From positions 251,600,055 to 251,664,054 of the forward strand of contig NC_133622.1 of assembly GCF_048593235.1 (NCBI RefSeq): a stretch of 64,000 nt of DNA. Direction: 5' to 3'. Source of the stretch: Sminthopsis crassicaudata. Its lineage: Eukaryota. Below, piece after piece: positions 18,170 to 52,874 of the stretch. Both the position numbers and the translations under genes were made by a program. The notes under the pieces were generated by a model, which was given only the letters and a program-made list of their open reading frames with translations, searched no databases and was not told the DNA's origin. Positions within the stretch are counted from its first letter, which is position 1; every line of letters begins with the position of its first letter.

Positions 18170-18929
18170 CCGCAGTCCCACCTGCAGGCTTGTGGCCATG
18201 GCGGTGCATTGAGGGCAGCTCGGGCGCCGTCTCCAGGGTCCTTGATCCGAGAGCTGAGCCCACCCTGGCTCCCTGGAGCGCAGAGGGGATGGAATTGCAC
18301 CCGAGCGGGGCCTGCCCTGCCTCAGCACATTCCCGGCCAGCCAGCTCCAGGCCAGCAGTATTAATAGCCTCGGCCACATCCAACTGGCTCCGCTGGCCCC
18401 CCCAGGATTAGCGCCCAGCCTCCAGCTTCCCACACCTTCCCAGACATTCGCCCCCTCCCCCTTCCAGGAAAAAAGCAAAACCCACTCAGCGCGTTCCTTA
18501 GGCCTCGATTTCTCCGTCCGAGAAACGGGTGGATGGGTGGGCTCCCCTCCTCTCCCCGTGCGCCCCCACCCCCACTCTCCCACAGCTCGGATGTGTGAAG
18601 GAAAGGGAATTCAACCAAGTGAGAGAGCCCCGCCCCAGGGCTTTCTGGGACAAACGACCTCAAAACGCTTCGGAGGGCACTGGATGCCCAGATTTCCGCA
18701 GTTTTTCTGGGCTGGGAGGGGGCCAGCAGGGGATCATCCCTCCCGGTTTTTCCCTCCCCCCCCCCCCCCCCGCCCCTGAGTCCTCGCCCCCTCCCTTCCC
18801 CTCCTCTTGTTGCCCCTCCCTCATTTCCAAATTTAGCGGGAACCCGATCCGAGTCCCGGGAGTATTTATGGGTGCTGCCGTCGGGGCCGGGGGCCGGGCC
18901 GAGCCGGGGCAGAACCACGGGAGGCGGGC

Positions 18930-18930
<1 letters not shown>
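18170..18930 (+). promoter_or_regulatory. ACTN3 promoter and upstream muscle-type motif cluster
   Basis: TATA-like TATTTAT 18863-18869, CArG/MEF2-like CCAAATTTAG 18827-18836, MEF2-like GTATTAATAG 18358-18367, MCAT-like CATTCC 18328-18333, E-boxes CACCTG 18179-18184 and CAACTG 18381-18386. Confidence 0.6.
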
Positions 18931-37730
<18,800 letters not shown>

Positions 37731-37905
37731 CCGCCAGCCCTTTCCCTCGCATCCCCCCCCCCTCCAAGCATCCGGCCTCCTCCTTTCTTGGGCAGCACCT
37801 AAGCTGCCTCCCCGACCCCCTGACCCCAGTTCTCACCATAAGGTCCCTTCCTCCTCCCAAACATCTGTGAGCTCAGAGTCACCTCCCTCCCCACCGGCTG
37901 CACTC

Positions 37906-37911
37906 AATAAA
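37906..37911 (+). terminator. ACTN3 poly(A) signal
   Basis: AATAAA 175 nt after the stop. Confidence 0.8.
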
Positions 37912-38448
37912 GCTCCCTCTCCCCTGGCTGGGACCCCGTCTCTCCTCTACTGGGGGCAGTGAGCAGACTGGAAGCCCTGGGGGGGGGCTAATCCCACTGT
38001 GCCCCCTCCACGATGGGCGGGGAATGGCTGGTGATGAGACCTGGGGCCAGCGACCCTCGGTGGCCCATTGGCCATCCACTAAGCACCTACTGTGTGTCAG
38101 TCCCAGTGCTAAACACAGGGGCTGCAGGCAAAATGGCCCTGCCTCAGGGAGCCCACACTGTTAGTGAGACAAATGTCCAGGGGCTGGAGGGAAGGGGAAG
38201 GGGCTGAGATCAGGAGAGGCCTAGGGAGAGTCAGCTGCCTCTGGTCTGGGAGTGGTAGGGAGCCACTGGAGGTTGTAGAGCAGGGGAGTGCCACAGTCAG
38301 GTCGCCAGCTGACCGCTGTGTAGGAACAAATGAAAGAGGCCTGAGACCCAAGCTGAGGCAAGCTCCCCTCCCCTGAACTGCTGCACCGGGGTCTGACTGT
38401 GCGCCCTGCAGAGAAGTCACTGCACCCAAACATAGGGAGGGAACTATC

Positions 38449-38454
38449 TTTATT
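38449..38454 (-). terminator. CTSF poly(A) signal
   Basis: TTTATT on +, ~530 nt after the CTSF stop, convergent with the ACTN3 signal. Confidence 0.7.
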
Positions 38455-38759
38455 GATGCTGGAAGGGCTCCGGCGCCAGCCTGAACCGTACCGCCGGGGA
38501 AGGAGAATGAACACCATCATCCAGACAGGGAAACTGAGGCTCAGAGAAGGGCTTGCAGCAGCTGGGCTTGCGGTCCTGCTTCACTTGAGGGGACCCCATC
38601 CTTCCTGCTCCGGCTGGACCCCCAGCTGCTCTTAGCTGGTGCTGAAACCCCCCTAACCTGCCTCCCCCACACCTCAGATGGCCCGGGGCAGGGGCTGGAG
38701 ACAGCCTCACCAGGGCTTAGGGTGCCCCCAGTGCCAGGGGTGCATGTGGCCAAGGCAGG

Positions 38760-38915
38760 TCTGGGGTCAGAGGTCAGGAGCCAGGCCAAGCCAAGGCTAG
38801 TCTAGGGGTCAGAGATCAAGAGCTAGACCAGCCAAGGTTAGTCTAAGGGTTGGAGGTCAGGAGTCAGGCCAGGCTAAGGCTAGTCTAGAGGTCAGAGGTC
38901 AGGAGCCAGGCCAGG
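38760..38915. repeat. ~42-bp tandem repeat, ~3.7 units, CTSF 3' UTR
   Basis: Units begin at 38764, 38806, 38847, 38889. Consensus GGGTCAGAGGTCAGGAGCCAGGCCAAGCCAAGGCTAGTCTAG. Confidence 0.85.
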
Positions 38916-38980
38916 CAGCTGCTGAGACGTCCTGCCCGCAGGGGGTACTGCTTTTACCGCTTCCAGGCCGGAGCGGCTCT

Positions 38981-43929
<4,949 letters not shown>

Positions 43930-44200
43930 GACCGGTGCGGGTCAGGCTCCGAATCTCTAGCAGCTGCCGAACCCAGCTCTCGACTGCTCGGGAGGACCGG
44001 CGCAGCCACTAGTGAGGAGGGGCGGGAACTCCTCCGGCCAATGAGCGTGGAGGTCGCGCCGCGCCTGCGCCTTTGCCTGTTTATAGGCGCACGTGGGGCG
44101 GGGCGGGACGTGCCGGGCTGCCCCGGAGCCCCGGCCCCCCCTGCCTCCCCCCTCCTTGGTTAAAGATAGAACCCGGAGGGGTGCGTGTCCGGGCCGGGGT
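43930..44200 (-). promoter_or_regulatory. CTSF promoter within a large CpG island (~43600-45900)
   Basis: TATAAA on - (44080-44085), E-box CACGTG 44090-44095 (partial CLEAR-type, plausible for a lysosomal gene), GC boxes 44096-44106, CCAAT 44038-44042. Confidence 0.7.
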
Positions 44201-45199
44201 CATTCCATCCGTGGCCGGGCGAGCCGAGCGTTCTCTGAGAGGAACCGCGCCTTAGAGACGATGGCTGCTTCGCGCCGGCCCCGAGTGCAAATCCTACCTC
44301 AGGCGCTTACTAGCCGCGTGATCCTAAACCCCTCCGGGCCTCGTTTTCTGTAACCTGTACAATGGGGATAAGGACGGCTGGGGAATGGCTCGTGAGACCA
44401 AATAAGTGTTGTCGCTGTCACTACCGCCCCGAGAGTTGGGCCAGGGCCGTCTCCAACCTTCACCTCCGTTGATATCCCCGAATTAGTCCGTCTGACTTTG
44501 GACCTCGTGCCCCCTCCCACCATTCGGCTCCGACCTCCCGGGGGTCAGGGACGCGTTTTGCCTTTCTCCGCGTGCCCCGAGCCCGGCACACCCCCGGGCC
44601 GTCCCTGCTTTCTCACCCGCTCCCTGGGGACCAAACGAACTGCGAGAAATGGATGAACTTTTTATTTTCCACAATTGTGAGAAAGGAAACAAACTAGAAA
44701 ACTGAACCCCCCCCCCCACAGCGAACCATAATCCGGGGTGGAGTTTGGCTTCCCCGCCTCGAGCTGAAGCTCCCTGGGGCGGGGCCGGCGGGGTGAGCGG
44801 CAGAGCCGCGCTGTCACTCAGTGGGGAATCCGGGCGAACTCGTGCTTCTGGACCCGAGGCGGCCCGTCCCGGCAAGAACGGAAACAAATCTAGCCTGCAT
44901 TCGTGGGGACTTCCAAGCCCAAAGCCTGAGAGGGGCGAGTCCGCCCCCCGCCCCCCGCGGGGCCGCCTCAGGGGCTCTCGCCTGCTTTCTGTCCTAAGCT
45001 AGCGTGGGGCGGCTGCGGGGGAGGCCCGGGCGGGGGATGCGGCCCTAGGGCCGAGGCTGTAAGAGGTGCTAATGAGGGGGGTTGAGGTCCCTTTCGGATT
45101 CCCTTCTGATTCCCAGCCCCCAAGGCTGAAGAAGCCCGGATCTTCCATTCCCAAATCCTGGTCACCACGCACCTTTTTGAATTCCAATGAACTTGGGCT

Positions 45200-47700
45200 T
45201 TCCCAGCCCCCACTATCAGCTCAGGCTTCCCCAATCCCCACAGCTTCTTCCTTATCTAAAATCCCATCGAATTATTCCGAGCTAACCCAGGCCGAAAGCC
45301 GCGGAAGCCCGGGACTCCACCCACCTTCCAGATCATAAAAAGGAAACTCTGGAGTCCACTTGTGGCAGGAGCCCCCCCCCCCCCCATGGTATCTTCCGGG
45401 CCATGTAAGGGTTCCTAACCGTGCGGCGACCACCTCTGGCCCTGGCCTCGTCCACCTTTACCCTTCCTTCCAAACCCCAAATAAACCTTTTTTTTTTTTT
45501 TTTTTAATCAATCTAGGTTTTCGGGCCTACAGGAGACTGCGCCCTCACAGATTATCCTTGCGCCCCAAAAGGGCTCCCCTTCCCTAACTCATCACTAGGG
45601 CTCCTCCCGAGCGGCCGCAGGGTCTGGGGGTGACGGAATCCGCTCACTCCCCAACATTAGCGGCAAAAAGAAAGTTTCTTGTCGGCTAGAAGGCGGTTTA
45701 GCCAGAGGCTGACTGGAGAGCGGCGGATCTCGGGGAAATGGCAGGGAGAGCAACGCTAGGAAGGGCGGCTTTCTGACCAGGCTTCCCAACGGCATCAGAG
45801 GCCCCGCGTCCCGGACAGGGGACGTCTCTAGGAGGACTTGCCCTCCCCAGGAGGGGCTGAGACCCTGAAAGGGATCCCACAGCAGTAGGAAGTTTTTTTT
45901 TCTTTTTTCTTTTTATAGCTTTTTATTTACCAGACATATGCCTGGGTAATTTTCCAGCATTGACAATTGCCAAACCTTTTTTTCGTTTTTCCCCTCCCCC
46001 CCAGATGGCTGGTAGACTTACAGGGCCGAGTCCCTCTCAGGATTTAGCCGCTAAGGGCAGCCCCCCCCATGGGGTAATTGAGATCTCACTGAGGAGCTGG
46101 GCTTCCCCCCCCCAATATTTCACATTTACCCTTCCTGTGTCCGTGTATCCCTTCAGTTCGTGGATAATCTCTTCCCTAAATAAATCTACTTTTTGCCAAA
46201 GAGAATGGCCACTGGGAATGCTTCACACGACTGAACCCCAACTTTGGGAGCTGCTGGCATCACAGATCCTATCAATGGAGAGCAGCGGGCACGGGATGGC
46301 CCATAAGCACATTTTTGTCTTTTTTTTTTTTCCCCTGAGGAAGTTGGGGTTAAGTGACTTGCCCAGGGTCACACAGCCAGGAGGTGTTAAGTGTCTGAGA
46401 TCAAATTTGAACTCGGGTCCTCCTGGCTGGTGTTCCCACTGTACCACCTAGCTGCCCCCCCCCATAGGTACATTTTATAGGGAAACATGATGGATTTCTG
46501 ACATGGCCAAAGAGAGATCCCTCCAGACCTCTGCAGGGGGTGGGCCGCAAGGCTTTGACATAAGCTGGATTTCAGAGTGGACCTCCCCGAGGGTGGGAGC
46601 CCGATCTCTCTCAGAGCCTCTGCCTTCAGGTCTCAGAGATTAATTTTGGTCAATTCCTGTGTTCACCTGAAGATCCCATCAGTGTGAAAGACAGTGGGGG
46701 GAAGGGGGTTTATGAAAAACAAGCTTTGGGTGGACTCACAATTACCCAGTGGAAAGGGGGTCCCCTCGAGGTGGGCCCTTAGCTGGCAGCCTAAATCCTG
46801 ACTCCACTCCCTGAAAGTTAGCTCTAAGGGGGAGATTTGGGTTCGGTTAGTACAGCGGGGTTAGGGGAAGGGGGAAACACCACAGTAGGGGGGGCGCCCC
46901 AAAGGAAGGTTGCAGCCACAGATGGCCCATAAGTAGGATTTATAGGGAAAATGCAACCTCAGAGACGAGACAGATTTGGGACCCGGCCCCAAGGTGGGAC
47001 TGCTCCAGCCCTTTCTAGAGGGGCGGTCTCCGTGGTCTGACATCAGTGGATTTCAGAGTGGACCACCTCCCCGAGGGTGGGACCCTGGATGGATATAAGA
47101 GCTTGATCCCTGGTAGACTCAGGATCAGTTTTCCTCCTCCATCAGAAAGGAAGGAGCTTTGTCCCATTAGCAGCAGGAAGCGGCTGTGGTGAGTGAGGAC
47201 GGGTGGGGGGTGGGGGGCCGCTCCGGAAAGGCACCCACAGACCCTTTTGGGGAAGGGGGCTTGTGGGGGAGGGGCACAGCAGCGCAGCCCTGACATGGAC
47301 ACCCACTAGCAGGCCAGAGGGAGAATCAAACCCCATCATGTATGTCCCCAGAATTCCATAAATTCTAGAGGCTTTCTGGAAACAGCGCGGGGATCTACCG
47401 AGTCAAGACGCTCTCGTGGGAATGCTAAACTATGTCTTACTTATGACTTAAGGCTTTGTAATAAGTAGGGCTAGAGCTGAAAAAATTGCAGCTGTTCCTC
47501 CTCTCCCGTTTCCCAGCACCTCTTAAATAGCATTTAAGGACCTCTTTTAAAAGCGATTTGTTTTATTTTGGGAGTAGCTTTCTTCGATTAGAATATAAGC
47601 CCGGATTCTCCCAAATACTGGGAGAAAAGGGAGGGACCCTCTGTGTTCAGGCTTTTTAATTTTGTTTTACAGTTTTTCTATTGCACTCTTGACTGACAAA
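45200..47700 (+). mobile_element. LTR/ERV-like remnant(s) with nested L1 tail and SINE
   Basis: Two LTR-end-like tracts (CATAAAA 45334, AATAAA 45480-45485, ending ATCA ~45594; AATAAA 46179-46184, ending ATCA ~46274), then leader-like sequence with a diverged ~470-bp internal duplication. No gag/pol ORF seen, so the family is unassigned. Confidence 0.4.
46316..46460 (-). mobile_element. Marsupial SINE with degenerate 16-bp TSD
   Basis: Same SINE family as above. Flanks CCCATAAGCACATTTT (46300-46315) and CCCATAGGTACATTTT (46461-46476). Confidence 0.85.
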
Positions 47701-47748
47701 CTTGGAATTTGAGTTTGTTTTTGTGGTCTATACTGACCCTTCTCTGGA

Positions 47749-47889
47749 TTTTTTTCCCCTGAGGCAATTGGTTAAGTGACTTACCTAGAGTCGACAGCCT
47801 TAAGTATTAAGTGACTGAGTTTAGATTTGAACTCAGGCCTTCCTGACTTGAGAGCTGGTTCTCTATCCCCAGTGCCATCTAGCTGCCCC
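47749..47889 (-). mobile_element. Diverged marsupial SINE
   Basis: TTTCCCCTGAGGCAATTGGTTAAGTGACTT...GATTTGAACTCAGG...CATCTAGCTGCCCC. Confidence 0.8.
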
Positions 47890-48549
47890 TCCCTCCTTCA
47901 TTCTCATGGATTCCCGGGACTCTGCAGCCTCTGCTTTCTGCTGGCTGCTTCTGCTCGGATAAATGGGTTTGTTCGGATTCATGAGTTGTGGGGGTCTCTT
48001 ATGGAGGCAGCCTTGGCTAGGAAGCCTAAGCTCACCCTTAGACCACCAGAAGGGCTCCTGGGTTACAATGAAGGCCCACTCAGAGGCAGGCCAGAACGCA
48101 GAGCTGATCTATCCTTGGCATCGGCTAGCCGTGTTTATAGATGCTAATTATCTGTGTGGGCTTAATTATTAGGTTTAAATGAGGGAGTCAGACTGGGTGA
48201 CTATAGTGTCACTCCCATCCCAACATGGGCCAGTGGAGAGGATGCTGGAGTTCCCACTGGGGAAGTGGCCTTCAAAAAGAGGACTTGCACCCGCCTCTTC
48301 TGCTTCTAAATAGTTGATTCTTTGGCCCAGTTATCAGGCCAGGAAATACCCTGCCATGGGATGTAGTTCTGAGAATGGGGAAGCTGTGGACTGAAGTCTA
48401 GCCCCAGTCACAAATTACATAAGACAATTAATTCCTGGCCCCGGGCGACTTCTAAGCCTGGGAGTGACCTGCACATTGTTGGGATGTTTTGGTGGAGGAA
48501 GTTTTTGGACCAGAATTTCACTACAAAGATGGAATTAGTTGTCTAGATT

Positions 48550-50400
48550 TAAAAAAAAAAAAAAAAAAAAAAACCCAAAAGGCAAAACAAGAATGGTTTT
48601 CAGGTACATTTTGTCTATTATTGTAAAATATTTAAAAAAAAAAAAGACAATTTTAAACATCAAAAAAGAAAAATTTAGAACTCAACTTCCTAATTCCTTC
48701 CCTGGTAAGGCGTGGTAATTTGATATAGGTTATATATGTGCAAGCTTGTAAAATGTTTCCATATTAGTCATGTTGCGAAACAAACAGATGAAAAGAAAAA
48801 GCTCACAAAAAATATTAAAGTGAAAATAGTCTGCTTTGATCTGTATTCAGACTCCATAGGTGGAGAGCATTTTCCTTTGTGATTTCTTTGGAACTGTCAT
48901 TATGTTGATGGAATTAGATCCAGGATTTCACCACCAAGATGGAATTACTTATCTAGAATGGGATTGATTGGATTTTGTCTTAGTTTGAGGCAATCACATG
49001 ATCCCTGTTCCCAGGTCTTGAACTCTGGGTTACAGTCAGTCCTGTGGTCTCTAAAAATCAGACTCACGGGAAGTGACTTGACTACAGGAAGCAGACAACA
49101 TAGGTCAAGCATGGTTCATTCCATGAAAAGCCTTTTTAAATCCCGGACAAGCCGGGGAACTGGTCAGGTTCCCCGAGAACATGGTGGGAGCTGGGATGGT
49201 TCTCAGGTGTGTGTCTAAGCCTCTCCCTGCAGGGACCCGTCCCACACAAGACCAAAAAAACATTTTCCATTATTTCTTTGGAATTGTCATTATGTTGATG
49301 GAATTGGCTCTTTTTGTGAAAAGAGCTGTTTTCTGTGAACTGCTAGAAGTGAGCAGAACCAAGAAAACCTTGTAAACGTCAAAGACCTGTGATCAATTCT
49401 GGTGGTGATTCAAGGCAATTCCAATAGACTTGTGAAGAGCCTTCTGTATCCAGAGAGAGCTCTAAGGGGACTGAAGGCGCATTATGGAGTATTTTCACCT
49501 TTTTGTTGTTTGCTTGGGTTGTTTTCTTTTGCTCCGATTTTTCACCCTTAGCACGATTAATGTGGAAATTTGTGTAGAAGACTTGCACGTGTTTAACCTA
49601 GATTGGATTATTTGCTGACTAGAGAAGATAGAGGGAAAAATTTAAATAAGCTTTTACAACAGTGAATGTTGAAAGCTCTTTGAAAAATATTTTAAGGGGC
49701 AGCTAGGTGGCGCAATGGATAGAGCACCAGCCTTGAAGTCAGGAGGATCTGGGTTCAAATATGATCTCAGACACTTAACCCTTCCTAGCTGTGGGACCCT
49801 AAGCAAGTCACTTAGCCCCCATTGTCTCAGCCAAAAAAAAAAAAAAAAAAAATTAAAAAGAGGAAAAGGAAAAGAGCTTTCACAGTTGATCATTGCAGAG
49901 TTGCTATTGCAAGGATCATGTTCTCCTGGTTCTGCTCACTTCACTTTATCAGTTCACGGAAGTTTTTCTAGCTTTTTTGAAATGAACCTGCTCATTTTTC
50001 ATAGCACAGTCATATTCCACTACATTCAAATACAGCTTATTCAGCCATTCCCCAATTAATGGGGATCCCCTCATTTTGCAAGTCTAACACTACAAAAAGA
50101 GCTGCTATATTTGGGCACATGTGGGCCCTTTTCCCTTTTAGCATCTCTTTGGGATACAGAAATGGTATTGCTGGATCAAAGGGTACACAGAGTTTGCATT
50201 GACAGTCATATTCCACTACAGTCAAATACAGCTTGTTCAGCCATTCCCCAATTAATGGGGATCCCCTCATTTTGCAAGCCTTTCATCACAAAAAGAGCTG
50301 CTATATTTTGGCACATGTGGGTCCTTTTCCCTTTTAGCATCTCTTTGGGATACAGAAATGGTATTGCTGGATCAAATGGTACACAGAGTTTGCATTGGCT
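48550..50400. mobile_element. Nested L1 3' fragments in both orientations plus a SINE
   Basis: Antisense L1 3' sequence (48600-48916, 49261-49330, 49870-50400) interleaved with a sense L1 3' end (49330-49690) and a full SINE (+, 49696-49852, GGGGCAGCTAGGTGGCGCAATGGATAGAGC...An). Confidence 0.65.
50007..50398. repeat. 196-bp tandem duplication inside an L1 fragment
   Basis: ACAGTCATATTCCACTACA starts at 50007 and 50203, and both copies end ...GGTACACAGAGTTTGCATTG with few differences. Confidence 0.9.
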
Positions 50401-50924
50401 GGAAGTTCTTTCTATTAAGACCATTTAATGTTGAACTAAGATTAAGATATTGGATGTGCTGCATTTTCTTGGTTGCAAGGACACGAGGCTAGGAGCACCC
50501 TCTAGAGGGTATTGTTGGTATGGCAGCATTTCTATCAGCTCTCTTGACAATGGGATATCTGACTCTAAGAGCAGTGTTTTTTCATTGGTGAGGTGGCTCC
50601 TCTCTATCGTGGAGGTGGCCACCTCTGGGACTCACAATCCCTCACCTGGTCACCTCCACCCTCCGCTCAGACAGCATGGCTCAGGGGATAGAATATGAGC
50701 TACGGGGTGAGCCGAGGGCCATGATGGAAGAGCTGTGTGATCCTGAGTCTTCTGAATCTCTGTGTTATTTGTAAAATAGACTACGCAGGGCTTACATTAA
50801 GATCAAAGCTGCAGAGGAGGAAGCAATCCGCATTGGTGAAGGGAGTTTGTTTGCACACCTGGCTCCGGGGCTGTGGTAAAATGTGTCAACTGAGGTATGG
50901 ATCAGTTGTGTTTGGTTCTTTGTG

Positions 50925-51095
50925 ATTCTATTTGGAGTTTCTTGGTAAAAATACTGGAGTGGTTTACCACTTCCTTTCCCAGATAAGGAAACTGAGGGCT
51001 AGCTTGTCTTGCCCAGGGTCACACAGCTAATGTCTAAGGCTGGATTTGAACTTCTGATTTCCAGTGCTTTGCCCATTGTGGCACCTAGCTGCCCT
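50925..51095 (-). mobile_element. MAR1/MIR-type SINE remnant
   Basis: GAGTTTCTTGGTAAAAATACTGGAGTGGTTTACCACTTCCTTTCCCAG...GAAACTGAGG...TTGCCCAGGGTCACACAGCTA...GGATTTGAAC. Confidence 0.6.
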
Positions 51096-52874
51096 GAATT
51101 TTGACCCTAAGCTTCATTTAAGCTAGGATAAAACTGGCAGCTTTCCAAGGTTGCTCTGATATTGATGGGGGGATGTTTTCAATGAATCTCTTAAATGATT
51201 GCACCAATCACATCTTCTCCCCCAAATAACAGATGTGCATGTGCATCTGAGCACATAAGTATGGAATAGATGACTCTACATATGTACATGGAAACACATT
51301 TGTGCACGTGCATCTCTATCTCCATGTGAATCTAGGAGGCCTCCTGGGGAAGTGGACTTGAAAAGCTAGGGCAGAGAAAGGGCTTGGACTACATGATAAG
51401 GTCCCTTTTAGCTCAAAAGGGCTTCTCTGCCCCCAAGCAAGTGAGACTTGGTGGCAGAGGAGGCTTAAATCTTCATGGCTAGAGAAAGTTCCTCATTAGG
51501 AGGAAATCGTAGGCTGTGAGAGATATACATCCATATCTGTACATATAAATGTATATATACCTGCATGCATTACATATCTATTTACATATAGACACGTATA
51601 TTTTACATTTTCAAGTATCTTTGTACATGCACTTTTGACTAGAAATTAAAAATTTCACCATATCAGAAAATCAAACCTCAGACTGTCTAGTTGTGAGATT
51701 GCATCATTTTGTCTTGTTTTAAGTAATCAAGAAAACTTCAATCTTTCCATTTGTTCATTTGCTCCTATGAGTCCCAACCAAGCTGATTGCAAGGTAGCCT
51801 GTACTGGGGAGACTGGATTATATTTAAAGTAACATCTCAAGCAGAGAAATCACAGGGCTCGGGGGAAAGAAGCCATAGTTCTTTGGCCCTTTCCAAATTC
51901 TGGCTAAGATGGTCAGTGTCTCTTTCCTCATTACCTATTCTGTTTGGATGCTGTGTCCTCTTTGGTTAAACAAAACAAAACAAAACAAACCCAATTCCCT
52001 GCAGCTGAGGCACAGGGTCCCTAGTAGATGTGTATTTGAGTATCATAACCTGGCTTGTAGAATGCTCTCTATACTTGGCCACGGGACAGAAGTGGGAGAA
52101 CCGTGGGATCTGCATCTGGGAAAGATTCTCTCAGACCTGAGTAGTCCACAGAAGACTGGATGGATTCCTCTACTAGACTTTAGCCTTTGAGGACCAAGTT
52201 CAGGATCTTAGACAAAACTGTAAAAGCCGGCGAGGTACAATGTTAGCCTTTCCATCCCATCGTCCTACTCGGGACCTTCATGCTGCCTGCCTCATGATGA
52301 CCAGGACAATGCACGCATTCTCTTTCTCCAGATTCTCCCCTTTTAAAACCTAACTCCGGCAAAGGGTCGAAAATGGCCTTTGGGTATCTTTGGGTTCACT
52401 GATGGTGAAGCCCAGGGAAAGAAATACAGCTCCATCGGGGGTTTCAGCTGTCAACAACAGTTGTGGCAGTGGGAGGAGGCAAGCCTCTGCCTTCTGTAAC
52501 TGCTGATTAAGCCAGACCTGAGAGACACCCTTATTCCTTTAAACTTCTTCAGCGACTAGATTCGAACCAAGCTTCCCTCAGAACTGGAGTAGAATGAGAT
52601 GCTCAAGCGTTCTACCTGGCCAATCCTGTTTCATTCACTCAAACGTTCAGACCCAGTTTTCTTGACATACCAGAGCTTGGCTATATCGATTGAACAGGAC
52701 TTGAAATTAGCTGGCCAACCTGGGGCAATTTCCATCCTATAGCTATACTATATTATAATAAAATATGAACTCAACTAAGATCTCTTCCTAATCCACCCCA
52801 GTGGGCCTGGATTTCTGAGATGTTCTATCACCTGGCTGACCCTGGGGACTGGAGAAGGGTGTAATGTTTGCTGT

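Noticed and set aside
45270-45325. Structured-RNA or hammerhead-like stretch with GCCGAAAGCC
   Set aside because: No CTGANGA core nearby and stems are only 3-4 bp.
46275-46296. Possible retroviral primer-binding site TGGAGAGCAGCGGGCACGGGAT after an LTR-like end
   Set aside because: Only loose similarity to a tRNA-Ala 3' end, with too many mismatches to call.
52294-52402. C/D-box snoRNA candidate (ATGATGA ... CTGA)
   Set aside because: Intergenic, no terminal stem and no recognisable guide. Such motif pairs occur by chance.
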